This document shows positions 9,823 through 18,078 of a DNA stretch of 64,000 nt, in pieces. Origin of the DNA: an uncultured Chlamydiae bacterium (GTDB lineage Bacteria > Chlamydiota > Chlamydiia > Chlamydiales > JAJFMA01); the NCBI GenBank assembly GCA_963713615.1, contig CAVQMM010000001.1, positions 192,001-256,000 of the forward strand. Direction: 5' to 3'. A program made the translations under genes and the position numbers. Within the stretch, counting starts at the first letter, position 1. Each line of letters begins with the position of its first letter. Under the pieces are notes generated by a model, which saw only the letters and a program-made list of their open reading frames with translations, was not told the origin of the DNA and ran no database searches.

Positions 9823-10805
9823 TTTATGCATTCTGAGGCGATCTGCTCGGCTAGCAATGCATGGTAGAGGAGTCCCTTGGATCCAAAACCCGCTAGCACC
9901 CACACATTCGCAGATACCTGCTTGGCAATGGGAAGATGGCCGGGTGTCGATCCACGTAAGCCAGCGCGCACTCCTACAACCTTGGCGTCAGCCAAAAACG
10001 GTAATAATTCGCAAATCTTAGGCATTAGCTCTGCGGTAGCTTGTTTTAGGTCAGGTGTTGCGTCTACGTTGCCACGTTCATAGGTGGCGCCCACAAAACA
10101 TGTTTGGCCGCCGGCATCCATAACACAGTAAACATTCGAGTTTACTGGCAGGGGAAGGGGTGCGTATCCAACAGGCCATTCTAACTGGAGAAGTTGACCC
10201 TTGACCTTATGAATTGGTAAGCCTTTAAGTTGGGGTATCAGAGGAGTCAGGGCTCCAGCCGTGACTACAATGGCATCAAACTCGGTCAGAGCATCCAAGC
10301 TATCGACTGAGTATCTTTCCAATTGCGCTCCGCATGCCTCACATGCATTCCAAAGACCATGCAAGTATTGGAAACCATTCACGGCGACGGCACTATGGAT
10401 TAGGATCGCCGGTTTTACCACGATGCCAGGAACAATGTTGACGACCTCTCCAGGTTCAAGCCAAGTCACATCTTCGTGTTCTTGGCTACGCTGCCGGTAA
10501 CTTACACATTGGCGTTCACCTTTAGCGACCCGCAACATGCCACTACGGAGAAAAACGGGTTCGATCGAAGCCTTAGAGGCGATCTCCAAAAGATGGATAG
10601 CTGCCTCATAGCCTTCTCTACCTCGCCACGGTAGCCTAGCATCGATACCCATGAATGTGTGAAGCAACCCTGCTGCGACGCCGGAAGCACCGCTACCCAA
10701 TGGGTTCGGATCAAAGAGGGTTACCGCCGCACCGCGTTGCAATAGATGCCAGGAGACGGCCATGCCTGCATAGCCAGCTCCTACGACAGCAACCCTTTTT
10801 GTCAT
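9819..10805 (-). CDS. FAD-dependent oxidoreductase (DAO/glycine oxidase family)
   Basis: VVGAGYAG, GASGVAAG, VKGQ, GFGSKG. Confidence 0.85.
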   Translation of the reverse strand: MTKRVAVVGAGYAGMAVSWHLLQRGAAVTLFDPNPLGSGASGVAAGLLHTFMGIDARLPWRGREGYEAAIHLLEIASKASIEPVFLRSGMLRVAKGERQCVSYRQRSQEHEDVTWLEPGEVVNIVPGIVVKPAILIHSAVAVNGFQYLHGLWNACEACGAQLERYSVDSLDALTEFDAIVVTAGALTPLIPQLKGLPIHKVKGQLLQLEWPVGYAPLPLPVNSNVYCVMDAGGQTCFVGATYERGNVDATPDLKQATAELMPKICELLPFLADAKVVGVRAGLRGSTPGHLPIAKQVSANVWVLAGFGSKGLLYHALLAEQIASECIN

Positions 10806-11396
10806 CTAGTATCCGTGTGAGCTGCCACAACCACAGGCAGTGGATACATTTGGATTGGAGACTTTAAAGCCTGAGCCCATCAGTCCATCGACGTAATCGA
10901 TCTCTGATCCGACAAGACGCGGTAGGGTAGCCTTGTTGACATGGATCTCTACACCATTAGATAGGAAAACCACATCGTCTGCAGCAGCTTTCTCGGAATA
11001 GTCTAAGATATATTCAAAGCCACTGCAACCGGCAGGTTTGTCGCCAAAGCGTAGACCCCAACCCTGTTTACCCTCTTCTTCGAGGATGGATAAGTATTTC
11101 TTGGCCGCACGTGGAGTTAAGGTGATGGTCGTGACATCTACCTCTTCATCGAGAAGGGCGTTAAGACGCTCTATGAGCCTTTCTATCTCTTCTTCAGTCT
11201 TACCATGACCCTTCATGCCTACTTCAAGGGTTTCCCAGGTGGCTGCATGGCACCCCACGCAATGTAAGCCAGCATTGGTGATCTCCTGAGAAAGGCGCTG
11301 AGCCTTATGTGGGAACATCGATAAAATGGCTTCAATAGCCATATCACGTCGGACACGCAGCTTTGGCTCTTGCGAAGTAGTAGGAGGATTGGACAT
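10806..11396 (-). CDS. Fe-S cluster assembly accessory protein (IscA/HesB) with N-terminal DUF1858-like domain
   Basis: GCSG and CGCGSS motifs; N-terminal GLHCVGC..ETL. Confidence 0.88.
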   Translation of the reverse strand: MSNPPTTSQEPKLRVRRDMAIEAILSMFPHKAQRLSQEITNAGLHCVGCHAATWETLEVGMKGHGKTEEEIERLIERLNALLDEEVDVTTITLTPRAAKKYLSILEEEGKQGWGLRFGDKPAGCSGFEYILDYSEKAAADDVVFLSNGVEIHVNKATLPRLVGSEIDYVDGLMGSGFKVSNPNVSTACGCGSSHGY

Positions 11397-11414
11397 GCTA
11401 AGGTTTCCTTATAG

Positions 11415-11681
11415 CTAGAAAGTAATTGTCACTTGACCTTGTTTAATTCTGCACTGGCATGCGAGACGCTCGCCACAGGTGTCCTCTCCCAAGAAATCGA
11501 GTTCTTCCTGAGTAGGACCAGTGAGGTTTTCGTTTCCCTCGACAACTTCTATAACGCAGGTGCCACAGACACCTTCGGTACATGCAAAGGGCACGCCAGC
11601 CTCTTCACATACTTCAGCAATCTTTTCCCCGTCAACGATTTCGACTTCGTCCTCGGTATTCTTAAATTTTAGTTTTGCCAT
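11415..11681 (-). CDS. 2Fe-2S ferredoxin
   Basis: CTEGVCGTC and RLACQ motifs. Confidence 0.9.
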   Translation of the reverse strand: MAKLKFKNTEDEVEIVDGEKIAEVCEEAGVPFACTEGVCGTCVIEVVEGNENLTGPTQEELDFLGEDTCGERLACQCRIKQGQVTITF

Positions 11682-12358
11682 TCTTGCAGCCCTTGAAATG
11701 CATAAAGTTGTATATTCTTAGTCACATATACTACAAAAAAGAGAGTAAAAAAGCAACCATTACTCGCATGGCATCAGGGCGATTGCATTTATAGACAACT
11801 ATTGAGAATCCCATATAGGCCTTAGCTTAACAAAAAAACGGCTTTTATATCCCATTAAATAGTAGCTTGTTAAAATCTAAAAAATGTTGTAGATACGTCT
11901 AAAGTGAGGTAATTGCAAAATTATTTGAGCCCTTGAGAATCGATTCTCGGGAAAAAAGGTTACCTTTTTTTGTGAGAAGGCGATTCTAGAGAGCTTAAGT
12001 GGTATGGCACTATCCAGTCTGGAAAGACAGGCTTTTCTCCCTTCCCAGGCCCGACATCCCGCTAGAATTTTTCAAGATTTTTCGTAGCTTTCAGGCGATT
12101 TTTCGATGCCAATTCCTTCGGTTTTGAAACTTTTAATTATTTTCTAATTTTGCTAAATTTATAGAGCCGAAGTAGAGTAGCCGTGCTCCTTTCAACTGCG
12201 AAGGGACACGGTGAATTTACTTAGGAAGGTTGTATACAACTCCTATGGGGTTGCCGAAGCAGAGTAGCCGTGCTCCTTTTCTGCTCAGCTAACATCGCCG
12301 AATTTGCTGACCTTGTTCATTCAGGCCAAACAGAACAAAGCCCGTTTGCTAAACTAAC

Positions 12359-13555
12359 TCAGTCTTCCTTCTGACGGTAATCCCTGTCATGTATGAGTAT
12401 CGACCATATTACTCTTATCATATGACGGGCAAATGCTCGTACTGCTTGGTTATGTTTTTTTCCCTCTGCTCTCTTCTTCTTGTAGTACTGTGCAGCCTCA
12501 TCACATAGTTGTATATGTCGAGCAGCTCCGGTCATCATAGCTCCCTTTCCCCTCCAGTTAATATTTCGAGGCGATCGAGACCCCTCATATTGGCCAGAAC
12601 TCTTGTTCAGAATTCCTATTCCCAAGTAGAGCGCTAGACTAGCCTCCGACTTAAACCGATCGATACTACCAATCTCTCCAGCGAGTTCTGCGGCACAAAT
12701 GGAACCATATCCAGGAATAGATTCAATCCGAGATGCTATCTTGGATTGTGGGATCAAACCCTCTATCAATACCTCCAACTGCGCTATTTCATCTAGCATC
12801 TCGAGTAGCCTTCTGACATCTCGTACTATTAATTTTCCTATCCACTCAACCTTTGAAGAGAACTTAGCCGTCTTTTGCCATTTCTGAATTTCCTCTGCAT
12901 AAACCTCTCCAACGCCCTTGATTTGCAACAGGCTTCTTTTTTGCATTCGAAGCAACATGGTCATGTCTTCCTTCGAAGCAAGAAATCGTAGAAACCAAAG
13001 ATTTGCTGGATTTTTTGTAATAGACAGTAGACCGGGGCAAACAGCCTGTAGATCCCCTTGAAGTCGATTTATGATTCTTGTCTTTTCTTTTACCAACTCT
13101 CTACGACGCCTTGAAATATGTTTAAGTTGCTCGTTGCATACCGGTGGAGGCTCTACTTTCTGCAGAATATTTTTTGCCAACGGTAAGGTCTCTTGAACTT
13201 GAAACAAGCTAAAAATAGCCCAAGCGTCAATTGGATCTGTTTTGGCTGGACCAGGAAAAACTTCCTTAAATCTAGCCAATTTCATGTTGTTGACACTATA
13301 CAAAGAATATCCGTGATCAAGAGCATATCTATCGATGGGTCTAGCATAGCCATTAAACCCCTCCATAGCCATGACAACAGGCATGTTATAGGAAATTCTA
13401 AGCTTCTCAATTTTCTCAAAAAACTGCTCAATGTCTTCAGAAGTGTGGTTTAGATAAAATCCATCGATGCGTTCTCCTGTGGACAAGCCTATGGCTACAT
13501 AGTGTCGAACGCTACCGATATCTAGACAAATACGAAGTTCGGACTGATTTTGCAT
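12359..13555 (-). CDS. IS110-family DEDD transposase/recombinase
   Basis: RuvC-like DEDD residues (CLDIG, AMEG, KTDPID); C-terminal Tnp domain (SIPGYG, AGEIG..RF, SSG serine motif). Confidence 0.95.
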   Translation of the reverse strand: MQNQSELRICLDIGSVRHYVAIGLSTGERIDGFYLNHTSEDIEQFFEKIEKLRISYNMPVVMAMEGFNGYARPIDRYALDHGYSLYSVNNMKLARFKEVFPGPAKTDPIDAWAIFSLFQVQETLPLAKNILQKVEPPPVCNEQLKHISRRRRELVKEKTRIINRLQGDLQAVCPGLLSITKNPANLWFLRFLASKEDMTMLLRMQKRSLLQIKGVGEVYAEEIQKWQKTAKFSSKVEWIGKLIVRDVRRLLEMLDEIAQLEVLIEGLIPQSKIASRIESIPGYGSICAAELAGEIGSIDRFKSEASLALYLGIGILNKSSGQYEGSRSPRNINWRGKGAMMTGAARHIQLCDEAAQYYKKKRAEGKKHNQAVRAFARHMIRVIWSILIHDRDYRQKED

Positions 13556-13599
13556 GATAAATGCCCTGTTAAGTGTTTGTGAGCGTTAAATTTCACCCA

Positions 13600-13741
13600 A
13601 ATTCCACTTCTACTTACAGAGCCACAATCAGAAGATTGGCACCATCCCGAACGGAATTATTGGATGATGCAAACGACGAAGGCGGCATATCGGGCCAGGC
13701 GAACAAACATTCGCTAAGGGCACACGGCCACACCTTCGTCG
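13600..13741 (-). ncRNA. Putative bridge RNA core (target-binding loop, then donor-binding loop)
   Basis: Two stem-internal loop-stem hairpins (13674-13741, 13600-13658) whose loops match the target and donor junction sequences. Confidence 0.8.
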
Positions 13742-14379
13742 GCCAAAATGATACCTTAGAGAAATGTTTTTTGTCTTTTCCTATTACCGTCGATAATCGT
13801 TTGCAAAATCCTATGGTAGAAGGGTCGATATTGCAACAGGCCATGGCATCGCCATGGTATATGCCAGGAAGGGATTTCGCAGTCTGAAGGACTGCTACAA
13901 GACGCCAGTTTACAAACACCATTTATGCATGCGCTTTATGGCAGCCCTACAGGCTGCTAAAACCGTTTTGGCATATACCATGGCGATGCCACATAGGCCT
14001 CAACCTAACAGGTCTTTTGAGCTTATATCTCAATGACTTAGGACTTCACAATCGTATCTCGGCGCGCAGCGCTTTGGAGTGCGGTCGCTTGCGACCGCTT
14101 TTCGTTCCTTGGGACGGCAATGCTAAACGGCATTGTATGGATTCGTCGAAGGCTGCATGTACTAACTATTTTACCCTTAGGGAATTATAGTGATGCCGTT
14201 GCACACGACCGTCGCAAGGAACCCAAAGCGGTCGCAAGCGACCGCACTCCAAAGCGCTGCGCGCCGAGATACGATTGTTAGGCTTAGGTTGAGGCCTATG
14301 TGGCGATGCCATGGCCTGTTGCAATATCGACCCTTCGGGCCTGGGAAGGGAATGACTCTCTCTTCACCGGCATCCGATT

Positions 14380-14573
14380 TTGGAATAGGTTCGCGTCAAA
14401 TCCTCTCCATTCCTACCCCTTTCCACTTTAAGCTCATTGTCAGACCCTATTTGCATTTAGAAGGTGGGAGTGATCCTGCATATCATGCCGCGAAGCGATC
14501 CTGCACATCCTGTTAAAGTCCTTTTTAACCATATCTACAACATCTATCATGTATTCAATAAGTTGATGCGTAT
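14380..14573. repeat. 'ATCCTGCATATC..GCCGCGAAGCGATCCTGC' repeat family copy
   Basis: Similar to 49097-49283; partial copies at 29339-29389 and 38611-38683 (reverse). Confidence 0.85.
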
Positions 14574-14722
14574 GCCTTGGAAGCCGCTCCATCTTTGCTG
14601 CCCTTGTTCGAATTTTGTATCAATAAACACATCCATTACATTATTTATTTATTTTGTTGATGTGAATTGTATTAATATATATAATCAAGTAGTTGATTAT
14701 TTAAATTTGGATAAATATAAAT

Positions 14723-16063
14723 TTGGGGTTTGAAGTGTTTAATCCACTAGACTATCATAGTAATATCGTGAACCATCGTTATACTAATACTCTCTCGATT
14801 GCGCCGATACCCACCAGTTCGTTATCAGGCAATGCCTCGCCTCGAACAGCCACGGCCATTTTCAATGAGAACGACTGTCGTGTGCCTACAAATCAACAAC
14901 CTAATACAACTAATTTGACTACTCGTCCTTGCATAAACCTTACAAAGAGCTCCACAGTTGCTCTTAATGCTGAGCATCGGATAAGTACCACCCTCGAAAC
15001 TTCCAAGCAAAGGAGGTCTTCGATACTAAAACCTAGGACTGACAAGAAAAAAGTGGATACGATTCCCTTGCCCAATGGTGGTTCATTTACGGGAGAACTT
15101 GTCGATGGCTTTCCTTTTCGTGGAGAGGCAAAATATCCTGGAAACATAGTCTATTCGGGTGAATTTCAGCGCATGAAGTGGTCCGGAAGGGGTAAACTTC
15201 GAACGACAGACTGCTACTATAACGGAAATTTTTCTGTGGGCCGGGCGACAGGTGAGGGGACATTGGTTTGTAATAATGGATGTACATACGATGGGGTTTT
15301 TGACAAGGGCCTCCTGCATTATGGAACCATCACTAATCCAGACGACGTTATTTATACAGGTCCATTGCAGGAAGGGATTCCTAATGGAGAGGGAAAATTA
15401 TCCAATCGAGAGATGACCTATGCCGGAGGCTTTAAAGAGGGTGCTTTTCATGGTGTGGGCACGCTGATGCTAGGTGATGGTACCTATAAGGGGCAGTGGT
15501 TAGCGGGAAAACCTCATGGCAAAGGAACTCTGGTCACTAAGGAAATGACCTATGTAGGAGACTTTAAGGAAGGCCTATTTCATGGCAAGGGTCATGTCAC
15601 ATCGAATGATGAGCAGGAGTTTTATGACGGAGAGTGGAACGAAGGCAAAGCTCATGGTCATGGCATTAAGTACTTTTCAGACTCGAACAGTGTCTATGAG
15701 GGAGAATTCAAAAATAATTTGCCCGACGGTTACGGAATTTTTAATGACTTTGATGATGACTATGAGTTCGAAGGAGAATTCGTTGAAGGACGCCATCAGA
15801 ATTTGGTAATGCTAAAAGATGGAAGCCAATTTCACGGGCTATTATTAGGCAGGAAAATGGATGGGCTAGGGATACTCACCGAAGGATTGGACGAGTATTT
15901 CGGCGAATTCAAAAATAATTTGAAACATGGAATTGGAGTTCAGACATTCTTTTTTGGAGACTCATGGCAAGGAATTTTCGTGAACGGTCAGCCAACGGGC
16001 GAGGGGTTATGCCACAAAGACGGTAAGTATTACGAGGGCCCTTATAATTCTATGATGGAATAG
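14723..16063 (+). CDS. MORN-repeat protein
   Basis: Many Y-x-G-x-F/W-x3-G..HG-x-G repeats after a Ser/Thr-rich N-terminus; start codon uncertain. Confidence 0.85.
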   Translation: MGFEVFNPLDYHSNIVNHRYTNTLSIAPIPTSSLSGNASPRTATAIFNENDCRVPTNQQPNTTNLTTRPCINLTKSSTVALNAEHRISTTLETSKQRRSSILKPRTDKKKVDTIPLPNGGSFTGELVDGFPFRGEAKYPGNIVYSGEFQRMKWSGRGKLRTTDCYYNGNFSVGRATGEGTLVCNNGCTYDGVFDKGLLHYGTITNPDDVIYTGPLQEGIPNGEGKLSNREMTYAGGFKEGAFHGVGTLMLGDGTYKGQWLAGKPHGKGTLVTKEMTYVGDFKEGLFHGKGHVTSNDEQEFYDGEWNEGKAHGHGIKYFSDSNSVYEGEFKNNLPDGYGIFNDFDDDYEFEGEFVEGRHQNLVMLKDGSQFHGLLLGRKMDGLGILTEGLDEYFGEFKNNLKHGIGVQTFFFGDSWQGIFVNGQPTGEGLCHKDGKYYEGPYNSMME

Positions 16064-16080
16064 GGGATAAAAGGGATGCT

Positions 16081-16229
16081 GGCGGTTTGTGATAAATTTT
16101 AATGCAAAGGCGCAAAGAAGAGCTCACACTCTTGCTCCATGAAATCATTAACTAAAAAAGTAATGTTGTGTGAAGCAAAAGAGTGAGCTCTTCTTTGCGC
16201 CTTTGCGTTAAAATTTATCACGAACCGCC
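16081..16229. repeat. Palindrome with GCAAAGGCGCAAAG arms between convergent genes; may also act as a terminator
   Basis: About 47-bp arms ggcggtttgtgataaattttaatgcaaaggcgcaaagaagagctcac and its near-perfect reverse complement; single arms at 38521-38565 and about 57096-57120. Confidence 0.85.
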
Positions 16230-16239
16230 GCTGTCTTTG

Positions 16240-17094
16240 CTAAAATTGCAGAGCGATGTCGAAGGGGATTGTGAAGCAGATGGCGATAATTAGCACCAGC
16301 GATAGGCTGAACATTTTGCGTCCCCAGATGTGATCACTATCTGCACGGAAACCCGTTATGCAAAGAGTCAACCAAGCCGCTCCAAGGGTCACGGCGACGA
16401 CTAGATAAACATAGCCGGTGTAATTAAAGACCGTTAACATCGCGGCCGTAACAATAAAACCAGCGATGTATAGTACCATATGGACTTTGGTCCTTAAGGC
16501 TCCTTTTACGATAGGCAACACAGGAATCTGGGCGGCGCGATAGTCATCGAAATGATACATGGCAATCGAAAAGAAATGCGGCATTTGCCACAGAACCAAC
16601 ATCGTAAATAGAATAACCGCTCCCATATCGAAATGGTTGCTGACTGCACAATAGCCCACAACAGGGGGAACAGCCCCGGCAATACTCCCTATCGCAGTGC
16701 CATAGATAGTGCGGGACTTCCAGAGGCTGTAAAGAACCACATAGAAGAAGAAGCCAACACCAGCTACGCATACGGTCAGAGGGTTGGTGTATACCCACAA
16801 GGTCAGATTCCCCAAGATCCCCAAGAGAACCGCAAAAAAGATCGCATTGCGTTCGGGAATTAACCCAATGACTAACGCTCGATTTTTTGTGCGCGACATT
16901 TTTTTATCGGTCTGTCGATCGATGTAATTGTTGAAGACACAGGCTGAAGCCATGATTAAGGCTAACCCCACCAACGTCGCTAGAAATAACCATAGGTTGA
17001 TGATCCCCTTTGAGGCCAGCAGAAACCCCGCAGCTACGGTGACAAGGTTTCCTAGAATAATTCCTGGCTTGGTTATCAAATAGTAATTGATCAT
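16240..17094 (-). CDS. cyoE: Heme O synthase (protoheme IX farnesyltransferase)
   Basis: TKPGII, NNYIDRQTDKKMSRTKNR, WQMPHF. Confidence 0.95.
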   Translation of the reverse strand: MINYYLITKPGIILGNLVTVAAGFLLASKGIINLWLFLATLVGLALIMASACVFNNYIDRQTDKKMSRTKNRALVIGLIPERNAIFFAVLLGILGNLTLWVYTNPLTVCVAGVGFFFYVVLYSLWKSRTIYGTAIGSIAGAVPPVVGYCAVSNHFDMGAVILFTMLVLWQMPHFFSIAMYHFDDYRAAQIPVLPIVKGALRTKVHMVLYIAGFIVTAAMLTVFNYTGYVYLVVAVTLGAAWLTLCITGFRADSDHIWGRKMFSLSLVLIIAICFTIPFDIALQF

Positions 17095-17450
17095 GAAGGT
17101 ATTCCCATTGTCATGTGAGACATTACGCGATCATTTAAATCATACATAATCCATAGCGAACCGACGACGATGATCAGTAGAATCATCACCATGAACAAGA
17201 ACACTCCCGTCTCCCAACGCGGCTTGTCTTCATGACCCATGTGCATAAAAAACAGTAATTGAACGATGGCTTGAACTAAGGCTAGGCCGACGATTGTATA
17301 GACTAGGGTTGGTCCAGCGAACACGCCCGTGATGACTAACGAAAACGAGGCACCTGTCAAGATGAGGGAGACAAAGAAACCTATGATATACGACTTTAGC
17401 GTGCCATGCCATTTTTGTTGAATCTCTTGCAAACTTAGGTTCTCATGCAT
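17091..17450 (-). CDS. cyoD: Cytochrome bo3 ubiquinol oxidase subunit IV
   Basis: SYIIGFFVSLILT, QLLFFMHM, GSLWIM; operon position. Confidence 0.92.
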   Translation of the reverse strand: MHENLSLQEIQQKWHGTLKSYIIGFFVSLILTGASFSLVITGVFAGPTLVYTIVGLALVQAIVQLLFFMHMGHEDKPRWETGVFLFMVMILLIIVVGSLWIMYDLNDRVMSHMTMGIPS

Positions 17451-17451
17451 C

Positions 17452-18078
17452 CTAGATCACTCCCATCAGATATACAAAGGTGAATATGAAGATCCATACT
17501 AGGTCTAAGAAGTGCCAGAACATGCTAAAGAGGACGAGCCTTCGGAAGGTATCTATCGTTATGCCGAGAAACAGCACCTGTGCAAGCATGACACTCATCC
17601 AAAACAAACCTACAGAGACGTGAAATCCATGCGTTCCTACAAGAGTAAAAAAGGAAGACAAAAATGCGCTTCTAGTCCAGCTGTTGCCCTCATGGATAAG
17701 GTGTGAGAATTCATGGATCTCCATGGCAACAAAAGAGGCTCCTAGTAAAAACGAGATTGCAAACCAGGCGATGACCTGATTTTTTTTACTCTTCACAGCC
17801 GCTAGCATCCCAAAGCCGCAGGTCACGCTACTGAACAAGAGGATCATTGTTTCAATGAACGCTGTCGACAGGCTAAAGAGCTCATGCGATGAGGGGCCTC
17901 CAAAAGTATTGTTGTGAAGCACCGCATAGGTACTAAACAGCGTTGCAAACAAAATACAGTCGGTCATCAGATACATCCAAAAGCCTAAAACGGTTTTGGT
18001 ATAGATATCCTGATGTATATCGGGAAGATGCGTATTTGCCTGAGGATCGGCGGTATGGTGAATTGCTAAAGATTTCAT
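17452..18078 (-). CDS. cyoC: Cytochrome bo3 ubiquinol oxidase subunit III
   Basis: GFWMYLMTDCILF, LVGTHGFHV, FWHFLD. Confidence 0.95.
   Translation of the reverse strand: MKSLAIHHTADPQANTHLPDIHQDIYTKTVLGFWMYLMTDCILFATLFSTYAVLHNNTFGGPSSHELFSLSTAFIETMILLFSSVTCGFGMLAAVKSKKNQVIAWFAISFLLGASFVAMEIHEFSHLIHEGNSWTRSAFLSSFFTLVGTHGFHVSVGLFWMSVMLAQVLFLGITIDTFRRLVLFSMFWHFLDLVWIFIFTFVYLMGVI

Larger units (their letters stand above)
12055..13820 (-). mobile_element. Complete IS110-family insertion sequence
   Basis: Flanks rejoin to the empty repeat CCCAGGCCC-GA-AGGGTCG (7892-7909); GA core at 12053-12054 and 13819-13820; no longer TSD; imperfect subterminal IR TAGAATTTTTCAA / TAGGATTTTGCAA. Confidence 0.93.
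11906..14381. repeat. Inverted second copy of the nested palindrome (composite 2), interrupted by IS110
   Basis: 11906-12054 and 13821-14381 match the reverse complement of parts of 7855-8701. Confidence 0.92.

Noticed and set aside
12166..12279. CRISPR or TIGR-type array in the IS110 end
   Set aside because: Only two repeat units, no cas genes, and no regular array periodicity
13573..13922. ORFs across the IS110 left end
   Set aside because: They overlap the structured non-coding end and cross the insertion junction
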